From a virus (lineage: Duplodnaviria; Caudoviricetes), in the IMG/VR virus record IMGVR_UViG_3300043252_000011, positions 1-64,000 of that record: DNA of 64,000 nucleotides, one strand, 5' to 3'. Position numbers and translations under genes: made by a program. Position 1 is the stretch's first letter; every line of letters begins with the position of its first letter. The notes under the pieces were generated by a model, which ran no database searches, was not told where the DNA came from, and worked only from the letters and a program-made list of their open reading frames with translations. Below are positions 17,208 through 26,805 of this stretch, piece by piece.

Positions 17208-19139
17208 ATGCGCGATCTTCCCGTTCTAAAGCTGGACCTAACGAAGCCACAAGATTTTGGCAACGTCGCCGAAAAACTTGGCGAGGATGAACGCCGTACG
17301 CTCGCAACCGATGTTATTGCGCTGATCGGCATAGACGAACAATCGATGTCGGATTGGCTTGGGGAGGCCAAAGGTTACCTCGACAAAATTGACAACGACG
17401 AAAACGACAATCCGAACGACCGCGAACAAGAAGGCGCTGGGGAAGAACCGCCGCCAAAAACCGAAATGACATTGTCTGCGGTCATTCAGTTTTCAGCCCG
17501 CGCGACCGATGCTCTGCTAGGCGAACCGGATTTAGCGCGGGCCAGCGAGCCAGGTAGCGAAGACTTAGCAGCGTGGGTATCCAGTCAACTCCGTACAAAA
17601 GACCCAAACTGGACTTTGGACACGGACCCGCTCGTAATTCATATGTCCGTTACCGGTTTGGGCTGGCGCAAGCGCGACTTTGACGATGAAGACCGCGTAT
17701 TTCATTCGGCCTTTCGTCCGTGTACGGATGTTATCATAAATAGCAGCGTTCGTTCCGTAGAGCGCGCCCCGCGTATTACTGATATGTTTGAACGTTATCC
17801 GTACGAAATAGATCGTTTGATCGAACGCAAAAAATGGGTTGCTTACGAACCTGTTTATGATGAACGCGACCCACAAGCGCCGAAACGATTTTACGATGTT
17901 GACTTGTGGCTTGATCTTGACGGCGACGAAATAGACGAACCATGGACCGTCGTTATCTCGCGAGACGATACGCCGGAAATTGTACGTATAAAGCCGCGGT
18001 GGTCCAAAAAGACTGTCGTAAGTACGGACGATGTTCTGTATTTTAATCCAATCCGCCGATTTTATCCGTACCGATTCCTGCCGGACCCGAAGGGTACTTT
18101 CCTGCCCATGGGATTTGGCAAGTTGCTTGATCGTACGGAAAGCTCTGCCGATCGGCTTTTAGGGTCCATTGTAGATACCGCCAAAAGCGAAAGTGAAAAT
18201 GGCGGCGTACTTGCCGGTGGCGGCTTTGGATTGCCCGACAAAGTTGAACTAAAAAATAATCGCATTGCCACTGTCAATACGGACGGCGCCCCACTCGCTA
18301 ACAGGTTCTCTCCGTTCCCGGTCAAATCAGTGTCGCCCGGTTCCGTCGCAACGCTCGAAAAATTGATGACGCTTGGCGACCGTCTTGCCGGCACGCTGAA
18401 CCTTTTGGAAAATGCGCCGTCGTCCATGACTGCTACCATGGCGAAGGGCATCATAGACACTGGCACGCAAGTCCAGTCCGCTGTACATCGGCGGCTCGTC
18501 GCGTCCATGACGCAAGAATTTCGCATGTTCGTCCAGATGGCGGATGCCTACGACATGCTGCCCGAAGGCATATCGGCTTCCGGCAAAGACGGCGTAGCAG
18601 TCACGGCGGACCCATCGTTGGCAACCGAAATGCAGCGTACGGCATTGGCCGGCATTTACATGGAGTTGATGAAAGACCCTATGACGAAATGGGACGAGGT
18701 CCGCATGCGACTGTATCGCACGCTGCGGCTTCCTGACCCGCAAAAACTGATAGGCCAAGGTCCGCAGCCACCGCAAGCCACGCCTAACGAAAAAATGAAA
18801 GGCATGATTGGCCTTGGCAAGCTGCAAATCGACCAGATGAAGGCTAAGGCGATGGTGGCTGTACAGCTTACCCAAGCCTTGCTGAATATGGTCGAAGCCA
18901 GCGGCGGAATGCTTGACAATCGAGCGGCTTTGCTGCAAATGGCACAGATAGAACAAACCGTACAAGAGCTAATGGCGGGCGCGAACAATGCAGGCGGCAT
19001 CCTTAGCGGAATGGATCAACAGTCAGGAAACCAGAGCCCTGGTGACGTATCTCAAGTTCCGCCGGGAACCGGGGGTGGCAATGTTCCTCCAGGGTCTGCC
19101 GACAATCCCGGAAATGCAGGCGCGATCAGCGGGAGCTGA
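17208..19139 (+). CDS. portal protein
   Basis: About 640 aa; GLGWRK, Y.FLP.P.G.F..MGFGKLL, Q/P-rich C-terminus typical of podovirus portals. Confidence 0.85.
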   Translation: MRDLPVLKLDLTKPQDFGNVAEKLGEDERRTLATDVIALIGIDEQSMSDWLGEAKGYLDKIDNDENDNPNDREQEGAGEEPPPKTEMTLSAVIQFSARATDALLGEPDLARASEPGSEDLAAWVSSQLRTKDPNWTLDTDPLVIHMSVTGLGWRKRDFDDEDRVFHSAFRPCTDVIINSSVRSVERAPRITDMFERYPYEIDRLIERKKWVAYEPVYDERDPQAPKRFYDVDLWLDLDGDEIDEPWTVVISRDDTPEIVRIKPRWSKKTVVSTDDVLYFNPIRRFYPYRFLPDPKGTFLPMGFGKLLDRTESSADRLLGSIVDTAKSESENGGVLAGGGFGLPDKVELKNNRIATVNTDGAPLANRFSPFPVKSVSPGSVATLEKLMTLGDRLAGTLNLLENAPSSMTATMAKGIIDTGTQVQSAVHRRLVASMTQEFRMFVQMADAYDMLPEGISASGKDGVAVTADPSLATEMQRTALAGIYMELMKDPMTKWDEVRMRLYRTLRLPDPQKLIGQGPQPPQATPNEKMKGMIGLGKLQIDQMKAKAMVAVQLTQALLNMVEASGGMLDNRAALLQMAQIEQTVQELMAGANNAGGILSGMDQQSGNQSPGDVSQVPPGTGGGNVPPGSADNPGNAGAISGS

Positions 19140-19248
19140 CGAAATATTGCGGCTGTTGATGCAGCCGCCGGAAAAGATCATTGAAGCGTTTGAAAACGCG
19201 GCCAGAGAGTTAAAAGACCACACCCGCGACCGCCCGGAGCTACGTTAA
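18988..19248 (+). CDS. small conserved protein following portal
   Basis: EWINSQETR pattern; TAATG overlap with GroES. Confidence 0.6.
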   Translation: MQAASLAEWINSQETRALVTYLKFRREPGVAMFLQGLPTIPEMQARSAGADEILRLLMQPPEKIIEAFENAARELKDHTRDRPELR

Positions 19249-19850
19249 TGAGCAACATCGGCGTACATGATTTCGCTATACCTCACGGCGACGTACAGCC
19301 GACGCGGGATATGGTGCTTGTTCGGTTGCCACTGTCACCTAAGAAGGTAGGAAGCTTTTACGTTCCTGACGGGTTCCGCGACATGGCACAGCATAACGTC
19401 ATGGTTGGCCGCGTTGTCGCCATGGGGCCGCTTGCGTTCGTCTATAAAGACGCAGGTGGAAATCTAGCGCGGCAGCCTGTAAACATAGGTGACTGGATTG
19501 TTTTCCGTCCGTACGCTGGTACGCAGACGACAGGCGGCAAAATTTCCACAAGTAACTGGCGCTACCTGTCCAGCTTTCAAGACGTGATCGGCCTCGTTCC
19601 CGCGGATAAGATGCCGGACCCGGCAACGCTGCTATGGGAAGAAGCTGAAGTCGAAGCCAGGACGGCCACGCCCGGACCCAAACCAACAGAGAGTTTCGGC
19701 GGCGAGCCGCGCGAACGTATCACGATAAAGGATAAACCGCGATATGACGGTCCTTTCGAATACGGAAAACTGTGCCCCAGCGGCGTTCCTTGCACGTCGG
19801 ATCGTTGCAGGGAAGCGGATCAATGCTTAGGTGGCGCGTACAGCCAATAA
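19248..19850 (+). CDS. groES: GroES/Cpn10 co-chaperonin
   Basis: QPTRDMVLVR, GRVVAMGP, VNIGDWIVFRPYAG. Confidence 0.85.
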   Translation: MSNIGVHDFAIPHGDVQPTRDMVLVRLPLSPKKVGSFYVPDGFRDMAQHNVMVGRVVAMGPLAFVYKDAGGNLARQPVNIGDWIVFRPYAGTQTTGGKISTSNWRYLSSFQDVIGLVPADKMPDPATLLWEEAEVEARTATPGPKPTESFGGEPRERITIKDKPRYDGPFEYGKLCPSGVPCTSDRCREADQCLGGAYSQ

Positions 19851-19859
19851 AGGTGCCCG

Positions 19860-20516
19860 ATGCCCGAACTTAACGTCATGTTGCTGGAACAAGCCCGCAA
19901 CGGCTTGCAAGCGGAACTTGATACCGCCGTAACGAACGGCGACACAGAAGCGGCGCGCAAGGTCGCTGCAAAAATTAGTGACTTGAACGGTGCCGCCGCG
20001 CCCAAGCCGTCAACGGCGTACGGTGACACTGAGATTCACGCCGAGCTGAACAAACTGCCGTGGTTCGGCGTGGACCCGAAGAAGTCGGGCCGTACGATTG
20101 AACTTGGCAAGACGATGGACCCTAAGAAATTCGGTACGGCTGCCGAGTTCGCGGCGGCGCTGGTCAAAGTCGTTGACGAAGAATTTAAGCCGGCTGCCGC
20201 CGCGGCGCCGGAAGGCGAAACCGATGAAGAACGCGAGACGCGGGAAGCCGAAGAAGCGGAAGCTGCTGCCGCCAAAGCGAAAAAACCACGCGCCAGCGAC
20301 GGCCCAACGGAAGGCGATGCCGGCGGCACGCGCCAGCGCCGTACATCGGGACCGTGGGTGAAGATGTCCGATGCCCCCGCCGACGTGCAAAGAGAAATAA
20401 ACCGCACGGCGGACAAGTTCGCTCCGAAGACCAAGGAAGGGCGCGAAAAATTCGTGGCCAAGGCGCTTGAAGCGCACTATGCTAAGGCGCAGCTCGCCAA
20501 GGGAAAGAAACCATGA
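19860..20516 (+). CDS. putative capsid scaffolding protein
   Basis: Acidic helical protein, PWFG motif; position after portal and GroES. Confidence 0.6.
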   Translation: MPELNVMLLEQARNGLQAELDTAVTNGDTEAARKVAAKISDLNGAAAPKPSTAYGDTEIHAELNKLPWFGVDPKKSGRTIELGKTMDPKKFGTAAEFAAALVKVVDEEFKPAAAAAPEGETDEERETREAEEAEAAAAKAKKPRASDGPTEGDAGGTRQRRTSGPWVKMSDAPADVQREINRTADKFAPKTKEGREKFVAKALEAHYAKAQLAKGKKP

Positions 20517-20755
20517 ACCGTCGCAAAGCTACGTTAGTTCTTGCCAGCATAGTTGGCGTCATGGCCCACAAAGTCAAAGCCGAAGATCAGCAGCCATCTT
20601 GGTCATCATCAGGTATCACTCCGATGGCGAACATTTCCTTAAGACCGACGTCAATGATTTTCGATCTCAAAGGCTTCAAAGACTATACATTCCACTTAGA
20701 AGGCAAAACGCTAACTTTCACACCCGAAGAATTATTCGAGGCACTTTCATCATGA
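20513..20755 (+). CDS. hypothetical protein with RR-type N-terminal signal
   Basis: MNRRKATLVLASIVGVMAHKVKA; ATGA overlaps on both sides. Confidence 0.55.
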   Translation: MNRRKATLVLASIVGVMAHKVKAEDQQPSWSSSGITPMANISLRPTSMIFDLKGFKDYTFHLEGKTLTFTPEELFEALSS

Positions 20756-21303
20756 ACAACGACCCAACAAACCCCTTCGCCGGCATCCCCGGCGCGCTGA
20801 AGCCAAACCCGCCGCCTGGGGTGCCGGAGCCGCAAACTGCCGGCGACGCCATGGCGAGCGCGTCACCATTCAAAGAACCGCTGGACGTTGATGAAATCAT
20901 CAAAAACCTGACGCTCGATCGGCCGCTGAAGCTGTTCATTCCGAACAAGGAAAAATATCCACAATACGAATTCAGGATCATCAACAGCATTCCGCATGAA
21001 ATTGCGGACGCCCACAACAAAGGCTTTCGCGAAGTCACCGACCCGGAAATGTCGGCGCTGTTCCGCGATCTTGTCGCCGGTACGGACAAGGAAGGCAAGG
21101 CATTTCGGCCGATTCTGTGCGCGCGTTCAAAGGCCGTTGGCGAGCACATCCGCAAACGCTATCGCATTCAGCTTGCCAGTCTGTACGCCGGCATGGACCC
21201 GAGCAACAAGGATCTGGCCGGTAAATACACGTCCAACGTGGACGCCAAAGATGGCACCAAAGGACAATTCACCGGGGCCGGTTTCCGTATCAAGACGGGG
21301 TAG
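20752..21303 (+). CDS. conserved head-module protein
   Basis: YEFRIIN...KGFREV...ILC pattern; follows scaffold. Confidence 0.65.
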   Translation: MNNDPTNPFAGIPGALKPNPPPGVPEPQTAGDAMASASPFKEPLDVDEIIKNLTLDRPLKLFIPNKEKYPQYEFRIINSIPHEIADAHNKGFREVTDPEMSALFRDLVAGTDKEGKAFRPILCARSKAVGEHIRKRYRIQLASLYAGMDPSNKDLAGKYTSNVDAKDGTKGQFTGAGFRIKTG

Positions 21304-21306
21304 AAA

Positions 21307-21522
21307 ATGATACTGTGGGCTGTATGGTTAGCCGTCATCGCAGGCAGTTTTGCGCTGTTTGAGGGGCAGGCACTTTACCGGGGCACCCCGACATTATCGC
21401 GCTGGGTGTGGACCGTAAGCAAAGCGTGGCCGCCGTTCCCATACGTTGCCGGTTTTATTACCGGATTTCTCGCCTGCCATTTTTGGTGGGGCGGAATTGC
21501 GTGCTTCGCACCTGTACAATAA
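21307..21522 (+). CDS. small Trp-rich two-TM membrane protein (homolog of 60155-60394)
   Basis: FE..AL...PTLSRWVW...WPPFP..AGF.TGFL.CHFWWGG. Confidence 0.75.
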   Translation: MILWAVWLAVIAGSFALFEGQALYRGTPTLSRWVWTVSKAWPPFPYVAGFITGFLACHFWWGGIACFAPVQ

Positions 21523-21602
21523 AATCCGTACTGTGGCACGCAAGCCACACCATACGGGCGTATAATCTCCGCAGGGCATCACGCCCGATATAGGGGACCC
21601 AT

Positions 21603-22409
21603 ATGCGCAGACTTATGTTGCTCACCACGGCGTTGACCGCGCTGGCAATGCCGGCAATGGCAGCCGATATGGCGGTCAAAGCCGTTCCGCCCGTTCCGTA
21701 CGTCGCACCCGTTACTTGGTTTGTCGGTGTCCTTACTGAGGCCGACGTAGCCCAATCGAGCGTCAGCGGGACCAATGTCTTCGCCACAAGTCTCGCCAGC
21801 GGCGATCTGACGGCCACTGGTGGCTCGGTTGGCGGTCGAGTCGGTTTCATCGGCACCGGACAACTCGGCTGGTATCGAGGCATCCTGACCGGCGAATGGG
21901 CCAACATCTCCGGCACCAACAGCGTAGGCGCCACGGCGACCACAAGCGCCGCCAGTGCGTCGATCGCGAGCCGGTGGTCTTCAACCCAGGAGTTCGATAT
22001 CGGCGTCGAGTGGCTGCAGCGGATCACGGCGGCCCTTCCTACGCTCGGCAACATCAATCTGTTCCCGAGCATTACGCCAATCACCCCGAATGTCCCTGTC
22101 GGTACGCCCCGGCAATATATCGGTGCCGGCTTAAAGGAGGCCGGACTCAGTGGCTCGTTTGGCATGGCCAGCGGAACGACAGTCGGCGTCTATCCGATGG
22201 TCACTGGCGGCTTCATCTGGCCCACGCTCGGCACCAACGGCAAACCCAATGGCGGCGCAATCGATGCATCCGCCGGCATTGCTTTCCCGGTCAAGGGCTT
22301 CAGCATGGGGAACGTGTTCGCTACCAACGGCGCCCCGCTCACGTTCGGGGCTGGTGCCAATCTCGGCACGCAATACTGGACGCGGCTGAGCTATGACTTT
22401 GGTTTGTGA
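21603..22409 (+). CDS. outer-membrane beta-barrel (Omp25/RopB-like porin family)
   Basis: Sec signal then AADMAVKA; amphipathic strands; C-terminal LSYDF; SD gggga. Confidence 0.8.
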   Translation: MRRLMLLTTALTALAMPAMAADMAVKAVPPVPYVAPVTWFVGVLTEADVAQSSVSGTNVFATSLASGDLTATGGSVGGRVGFIGTGQLGWYRGILTGEWANISGTNSVGATATTSAASASIASRWSSTQEFDIGVEWLQRITAALPTLGNINLFPSITPITPNVPVGTPRQYIGAGLKEAGLSGSFGMASGTTVGVYPMVTGGFIWPTLGTNGKPNGGAIDASAGIAFPVKGFSMGNVFATNGAPLTFGAGANLGTQYWTRLSYDFGL

Positions 22410-22415
22410 TGCGTT

Positions 22416-22448
22416 TGGGGGCGGCTAACTGCCGCCCCCATTTTACTT
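22416..22448 (+). terminator. terminator after porin gene
   Basis: TGGGGGCGGC-TAACT-GCCGCCCCCA-TTTT. Confidence 0.8.
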
Positions 22449-22789
22449 TAGCGAATTTTTTCAATTGCCTCGATAACAAGACTCGTAACCGTACGCCGGG
22501 TTTTCTTCGCCTTGGCGTCGATTTTGGCCTTTTGCGCCTTGGTCAAGCGCATATCTAGCCGTTCCGAACGGGCGTCACCGTTAAGCTTGTGTTTTACCGC
22601 GCGCCGTGCCGCCTTTAGCAGCGCCTTCACTGGCCGCTTTTTCTTCGCTTTCGACTTAGCGGCCTTCCGCTTTTTGGCTCTGGGCTTCACAAGCCGTTTT
22701 TTCTTCGCTTTCGGCTTGGTGCGTTTTTTGGCCTTGGGCTTCGGCTTTGCCGGTTCCGGCGGGCCAATGTCTGCGAGAGGGGTATCCAT
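22448..22789 (-). CDS. Lys-rich histone-like protein with C-terminal RHH domain
   Basis: KPKAKK repeats; RSERLDMRLT..QK...TVTSLVIEAI. Confidence 0.75.
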   Translation of the reverse strand: MDTPLADIGPPEPAKPKPKAKKRTKPKAKKKRLVKPRAKKRKAAKSKAKKKRPVKALLKAARRAVKHKLNGDARSERLDMRLTKAQKAKIDAKAKKTRRTVTSLVIEAIEKIR

Positions 22790-22809
22790 GGCCTACAATC
22801 CTCGTACGG

Positions 22810-22852
22810 TTGACGATGGCGATGGCATAGCGTACATTGCCGCACAGGTCAA
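22810..22852. promoter_or_regulatory. interdigitated opposing sigma70-like promoters
   Basis: Plus TTGACG-N17-TACATT (22810-22838); minus TTGACC-N17-TATGCC (22852-22824). Confidence 0.6.
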
Positions 22853-22876
22853 CACAGGTACGGAATGGAGCTGGAA

Positions 22877-23278
22877 ATGAGCATCGATGACGTGACGCCC
22901 GAAGAAACCGTCAGAATTGCCGGTATCCTTGAACAAAAGGTTACGCAGGCATACGCCGACAAAAACAAGTTCAAGGCCGAAGCCGATTCCCTGCGCACAG
23001 CACTCGACGTAATGACCGCTGATCGGGATTACTGGCGACATCGAGGCGAAGAAGCCGAACTGGAGCGCGACGAAGCGCGCGAATCCGAAGAATACATGCA
23101 CCGTCAATGGGAGAACGTCGGCGCGGTTGCCAGAGAAACGCTGGAGTATCGTAACGCACGCAAAAAGAAACCGCGTCCGCAGCTCGTTCTATCGGCTACC
23201 GAAACGGACGAGGCGCGCCACAACGCGACGGTCGCACAATTTGCGCCGCCTCATATTCGGAATCAAGAAAGGCAATAA
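22877..23278 (+). CDS. coiled-coil hypothetical protein
   Basis: SD ggag; charged helical sequence. Confidence 0.7.
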   Translation: MSIDDVTPEETVRIAGILEQKVTQAYADKNKFKAEADSLRTALDVMTADRDYWRHRGEEAELERDEARESEEYMHRQWENVGAVARETLEYRNARKKKPRPQLVLSATETDEARHNATVAQFAPPHIRNQERQ

Positions 23279-23290
23279 CAGGACGATAGC

Positions 23291-23533
23291 ATGGCAAAAA
23301 TGAAATCAGATATTCCGCTCGATCAAGCCATTGCTCTTGTTCGCGCATGTCAAAAGCTGAATTGCGATACAGCCGAACAACTATTCGCGATGGTTGAACG
23401 TCGAGCCGCAGAGGCGGCTAAGGCCGTCGAGCTGCGGGCCGCGCTGGCACCGTTTGCTAATTGGGCAATGCACCCATCGGAAAAGCCGTCGCTTACGGAT
23501 TGCAATCGCGCTCACCGAGCCTGGAAGAAATAG
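23291..23533 (+). CDS. hypothetical protein
   Basis: SD agga, ATG. Confidence 0.6.
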   Translation: MAKMKSDIPLDQAIALVRACQKLNCDTAEQLFAMVERRAAEAAKAVELRAALAPFANWAMHPSEKPSLTDCNRAHRAWKK

Positions 23534-23554
23534 CCACTAACCGCCGATTTGCCG

Positions 23555-25129
23555 TCAACTCTCAATCGCCATCGAAATAGCACAACAGTCCCAACGATCG
23601 GGGGAGCGACCAATCTCTTTCCTGATTTTCTCTTTCGGCGTCATAAACAACCGCGCTTGCTCATCACGCCGGCAAGCATTTTGTCCCCACTTGTACGCCG
23701 CCGCTTCCTCTTGCGCCATTTTATCATTTGGCATCGATACCCGGCCGCCAAGCCAGCGCAGCAACTTGTCATGCAACTCCGCACGGCGATTGCCGTACAT
23801 GACAGAATTATGGGCGCCATGGCTGAATACCACAGGCACGATCTTTTCCGATCCCAACTCTCGCATGCGCAAACGGCAGCCGGCGACTAAATCGCGCCCA
23901 TAGCCACCCGTGCCGTCGATCAAGATAGCGTCCATGTCGAAACGCTTGTATGTCGCTACGAGCCAATCTGATGCCACATTGGCGTCACGGCTGGCCAGCT
24001 CGCCCCATACCCGCGCCCCGATCGCGGAGCCTTGCCGATCGCAAACAAAGGGCTTGTCCTGACCGTCGCCTGCCGGGTCCACGCAAAGCAGCTTCAATGC
24101 CCCAGCGGAAGGCGCCGGCTTGCTGGTCATGGCCGCTTGGACCAGCGACGCCGGGTAGAAATCCAGCGTACTGTCGGCCATGAAACATTCGCTATAAATA
24201 GCCGGATATTCCTGCCGCGTCAGCCGATGAATCGTCTCGGGCTGACCGCCGTTCATAGTCGCAATCGTGTAGTTTTTCAGCCAAAAGAAATAGAGGTGTT
24301 CACGGTCCAGGCCGTGCAATTTGGCGTAGTCCTCAAACTCCCTAGGAGCAACCCAACCTGCAGGAACCTCTATGCGGTATTCCGGCATGACGGTCCACGG
24401 TAGGAAATGAATACGCCACGGTCCCTTGTTATTTTGTTTGTGGGCTTCCTCGCACATATTGTAGAACATGCCGGATTGCCCATTGCCGGTACTTTCCTGC
24501 GTTATCTCCGTCCCCGGTAGATCTTGTACGGTTTGCAAAAGACCCGATGACAAATCTTCCGTGTTGTCGAAGAAAGCTGCTTCCGACAGATGCAATAAAT
24601 GAAAATCATCGGAACGGCCGATGTCGCCGCCGTCCGCAGACGCAACTTTGTATAGCGATTTCAGCTTATCAAAAATCAACTCGTACGAGTTCGTAGCGCC
24701 GATCGATGGGCGCACGGCCGGCGGCAAACCATTAGCAAATTCCTTGATTTCACGGTGCAAATTACCCGCACTATCCGCGCGGTGCGCCACAACTTGCGCA
24801 CGCCGACCGAACATAGTTGCAGTTTGGTGAAAGTACCGACCGCCGATGTACGTACTGACGCCCATGCGGCGTGCTTTGGGTATGAGTGCCCGCACCATGC
24901 CGAACACTTCGCGCTCCCGCTCTATGCGGACATGAAGTATCCGTTGTGCGCTGTTCAATATAAATGGAATGCGCTCGCCGCCCTCGCGGGGGCGTATGCG
25001 CATAAACTTTTCGCGGTAATAGTCGAAATTACAGAGTTTCGCCCGTACGGCTTCTTTAGTCTGTACGGGCGAAACTGCCGGCGCGGTCCACGGGAAATTC
25101 AAGGGGATGCCCCGATTTGACAAAGCCAA
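23555..25129 (-). CDS. terL: terminase large subunit
   Basis: KARRMGVST (Walker A), LHLSEAAF (Walker B), ESTGNG, VDPAGDGQD nuclease motif, SPDRWD; start uncertain. Confidence 0.93.
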   Translation of the reverse strand: MALSNRGIPLNFPWTAPAVSPVQTKEAVRAKLCNFDYYREKFMRIRPREGGERIPFILNSAQRILHVRIEREREVFGMVRALIPKARRMGVSTYIGGRYFHQTATMFGRRAQVVAHRADSAGNLHREIKEFANGLPPAVRPSIGATNSYELIFDKLKSLYKVASADGGDIGRSDDFHLLHLSEAAFFDNTEDLSSGLLQTVQDLPGTEITQESTGNGQSGMFYNMCEEAHKQNNKGPWRIHFLPWTVMPEYRIEVPAGWVAPREFEDYAKLHGLDREHLYFFWLKNYTIATMNGGQPETIHRLTRQEYPAIYSECFMADSTLDFYPASLVQAAMTSKPAPSAGALKLLCVDPAGDGQDKPFVCDRQGSAIGARVWGELASRDANVASDWLVATYKRFDMDAILIDGTGGYGRDLVAGCRLRMRELGSEKIVPVVFSHGAHNSVMYGNRRAELHDKLLRWLGGRVSMPNDKMAQEEAAAYKWGQNACRRDEQARLFMTPKEKIRKEIGRSPDRWDCCAISMAIES

Positions 25130-25176
25130 AATTTTAGTTTATTGTACGTACATCGAAAACGCAGAACGCTGGAGAG
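25117..25176 (+). promoter_or_regulatory. conserved phage promoter/leader cassette, copy B
   Basis: TTGACA-N17-TATTGT, TGTACGTACA, GCTGGAGAG. Confidence 0.85.
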
Positions 25177-25181
25177 CAAAG

Positions 25182-25397
25182 ATGAAAATAGACGAAAGCC
25201 GCAAAGGGATGCTGCCGTGGGCCGTCGCCAAAAAGCCCGGTTACGTAGGTAAAGCATCCGGCCTGTACTTTCATTTTTACCGCACTGAGAAAGAAGCCGA
25301 AGCGTGCCGCCGCGCTTTAAAACGCCAAGGCAAATACCAAGAGTCGGTTAAGTACATGCCAGGTCACTGCTACGAACTCGGCACGATACTATTTTAG
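25182..25397 (+). CDS. hypothetical protein (moron-like)
   Basis: Downstream of promoter copy B, opposite strand to its neighbours. Confidence 0.65.
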   Translation: MKIDESRKGMLPWAVAKKPGYVGKASGLYFHFYRTEKEAEACRRALKRQGKYQESVKYMPGHCYELGTILF

Positions 25398-25401
25398 ACT
25401 G

Positions 25402-25752
25402 CTACGGCGCCACCGTCGCCCCTGTATACGGAACGCCTGGTGTGGCGCTCTCCTGTTTAATGGCAGCGACAATTGCCGGCGTTGCCGCGATCACGTCGGG
25501 GTTATTCGGCAGCGCGTCAGCGGTCGCCTTGTCGGTAACAACCGTTGTCTTCGGCATCTTGCCCACGGTGTCTTTGAGCGACTGCGCACGAGTGACAATG
25601 ACGGGCCACAGAACCGCGCCGGCAGCAACCAAACTGTATATCAGCGTCGTCCAATCTGCGGCACCGAGCCCGAGCACACCTTTGGCAGCAAGCGCGCCCG
25701 CGATTGTGGCAATGATCGGAGCTAAGGTGGTTTGAAGCTGCGTTTTGTTCAT
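25402..25752 (-). CDS. putative holin
   Basis: Two TM segments; similar to 59926-60153; downstream of endolysin. Confidence 0.6.
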   Translation of the reverse strand: MNKTQLQTTLAPIIATIAGALAAKGVLGLGAADWTTLIYSLVAAGAVLWPVIVTRAQSLKDTVGKMPKTTVVTDKATADALPNNPDVIAATPAIVAAIKQESATPGVPYTGATVAP

Positions 25753-25815
25753 GTCGAAGCATCCCCGTTAATGGATGCCGTACACATACCACCTGTCAGA
25801 CAAAGAAGCAACAGT

Positions 25816-26064
25816 CTAGTTCTTCTTATTGAGTCTGGCCTCGATCTCGCCAGTTGTTGGGCGTGTCTGCTCTAGTGTTTTAATGCGATCTTCTAGACGA
25901 TCACTCTCACGTTGATAATCACTTTTCAAACCTTCATATCGTTCTTTGGTATTTTTAGAAAATTCTTCGTGCTCACGAATGGACAGGCTTTTACCGAGCA
26001 ACTGAGCCGCGAGACTCAGGGCGGACAAAACTACGGCCCCAAGAGCTATGTAGGAAGAATCCAC
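25816..26064 (-). CDS. N-terminal TM plus coiled-coil lysis-cassette protein (homolog of 58326-58577)
   Basis: YIALGAV.LSA..LA.Q.LGKSLSIREHEEF. Confidence 0.75.
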   Translation of the reverse strand: MDSSYIALGAVVLSALSLAAQLLGKSLSIREHEEFSKNTKERYEGLKSDYQRESDRLEDRIKTLEQTRPTTGEIEARLNKKN

Positions 26065-26084
26065 AGTTGCCCCCGCACCCCGCT

Positions 26085-26801
26085 TTACCCCGTCACTATA
26101 GCGGCATCAATTACCGCCCATGTATGCGGCCCCGGCATGCCGTCAGCCGTCAGCGAATGCTTCGCCTGAAACCATTTGACGGCTGCTTTAGTAAGATCGT
26201 CGTACTGTCCGTTCACAGCCAGCGGTGGCGCGTAGCCGAAGCTATTGAGCGCGATTTGCAAATTCTCAGTGGTGTACAGCCCGACTACGGCCGACGCTGA
26301 CGCAGGCGGCGCTACCTTGGCCACCGCCGCCTCGAATACCTGCCGCCACGCTTCGGTGCCGTCGTGACCGCCGGGACCGCCGCCCCAATCGTTGAAGATA
26401 TTACCGCCAAGGCGCATTTGCGGATGCCGCTGCCCGTTCGGGTCCGTAGGCAGCCCTTGGTCAGTGAAGCCGTGGATAAGGTCGCTGCCGGCCATCACAG
26501 TCGCAATCGCGGCATTCATCTTCGCTTGCAGCGCCGGATTGGCTTGAAGCTGCCTGATAGTCCGGGGGTACGCACCCCGATTGTACGGCCCGTAGAAACC
26601 ACTATGCAGCATTGAAAGCACGGTTTGCTTCCAACCGCGCGAGTTGCAATACAGAATGCGGTTAAGAAGGCTTTCGAGGCACGGAACCGGGTGCGCGCCG
26701 TCTTCCGTTATCATCATGGCGCATACTTGGTCATGCGTAGTCGGGTCTGCTATCTGAGCGGCGAACTGAGCGCGTTGCTGTGCGATGTACGGATTGGTCA
26801 T
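26085..26801 (-). CDS. endolysin with C-terminal peptidoglycan-binding domain
   Basis: LQIALNSFGY...TKAAVKWFQ..HSLTADGMPGPHTW; N-terminal E...ESLLNR hydrolase-like motif. Confidence 0.8.
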   Translation of the reverse strand: MTNPYIAQQRAQFAAQIADPTTHDQVCAMMITEDGAHPVPCLESLLNRILYCNSRGWKQTVLSMLHSGFYGPYNRGAYPRTIRQLQANPALQAKMNAAIATVMAGSDLIHGFTDQGLPTDPNGQRHPQMRLGGNIFNDWGGGPGGHDGTEAWRQVFEAAVAKVAPPASASAVVGLYTTENLQIALNSFGYAPPLAVNGQYDDLTKAAVKWFQAKHSLTADGMPGPHTWAVIDAAIVTG

Positions 26802-26805
26802 TCAA

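Noticed and set aside
21533-21550. sigma54 promoter before the porin (TGGCAC)
   Set aside because: Lacks the -12 TTGC element; the sequence forms a small hairpin instead
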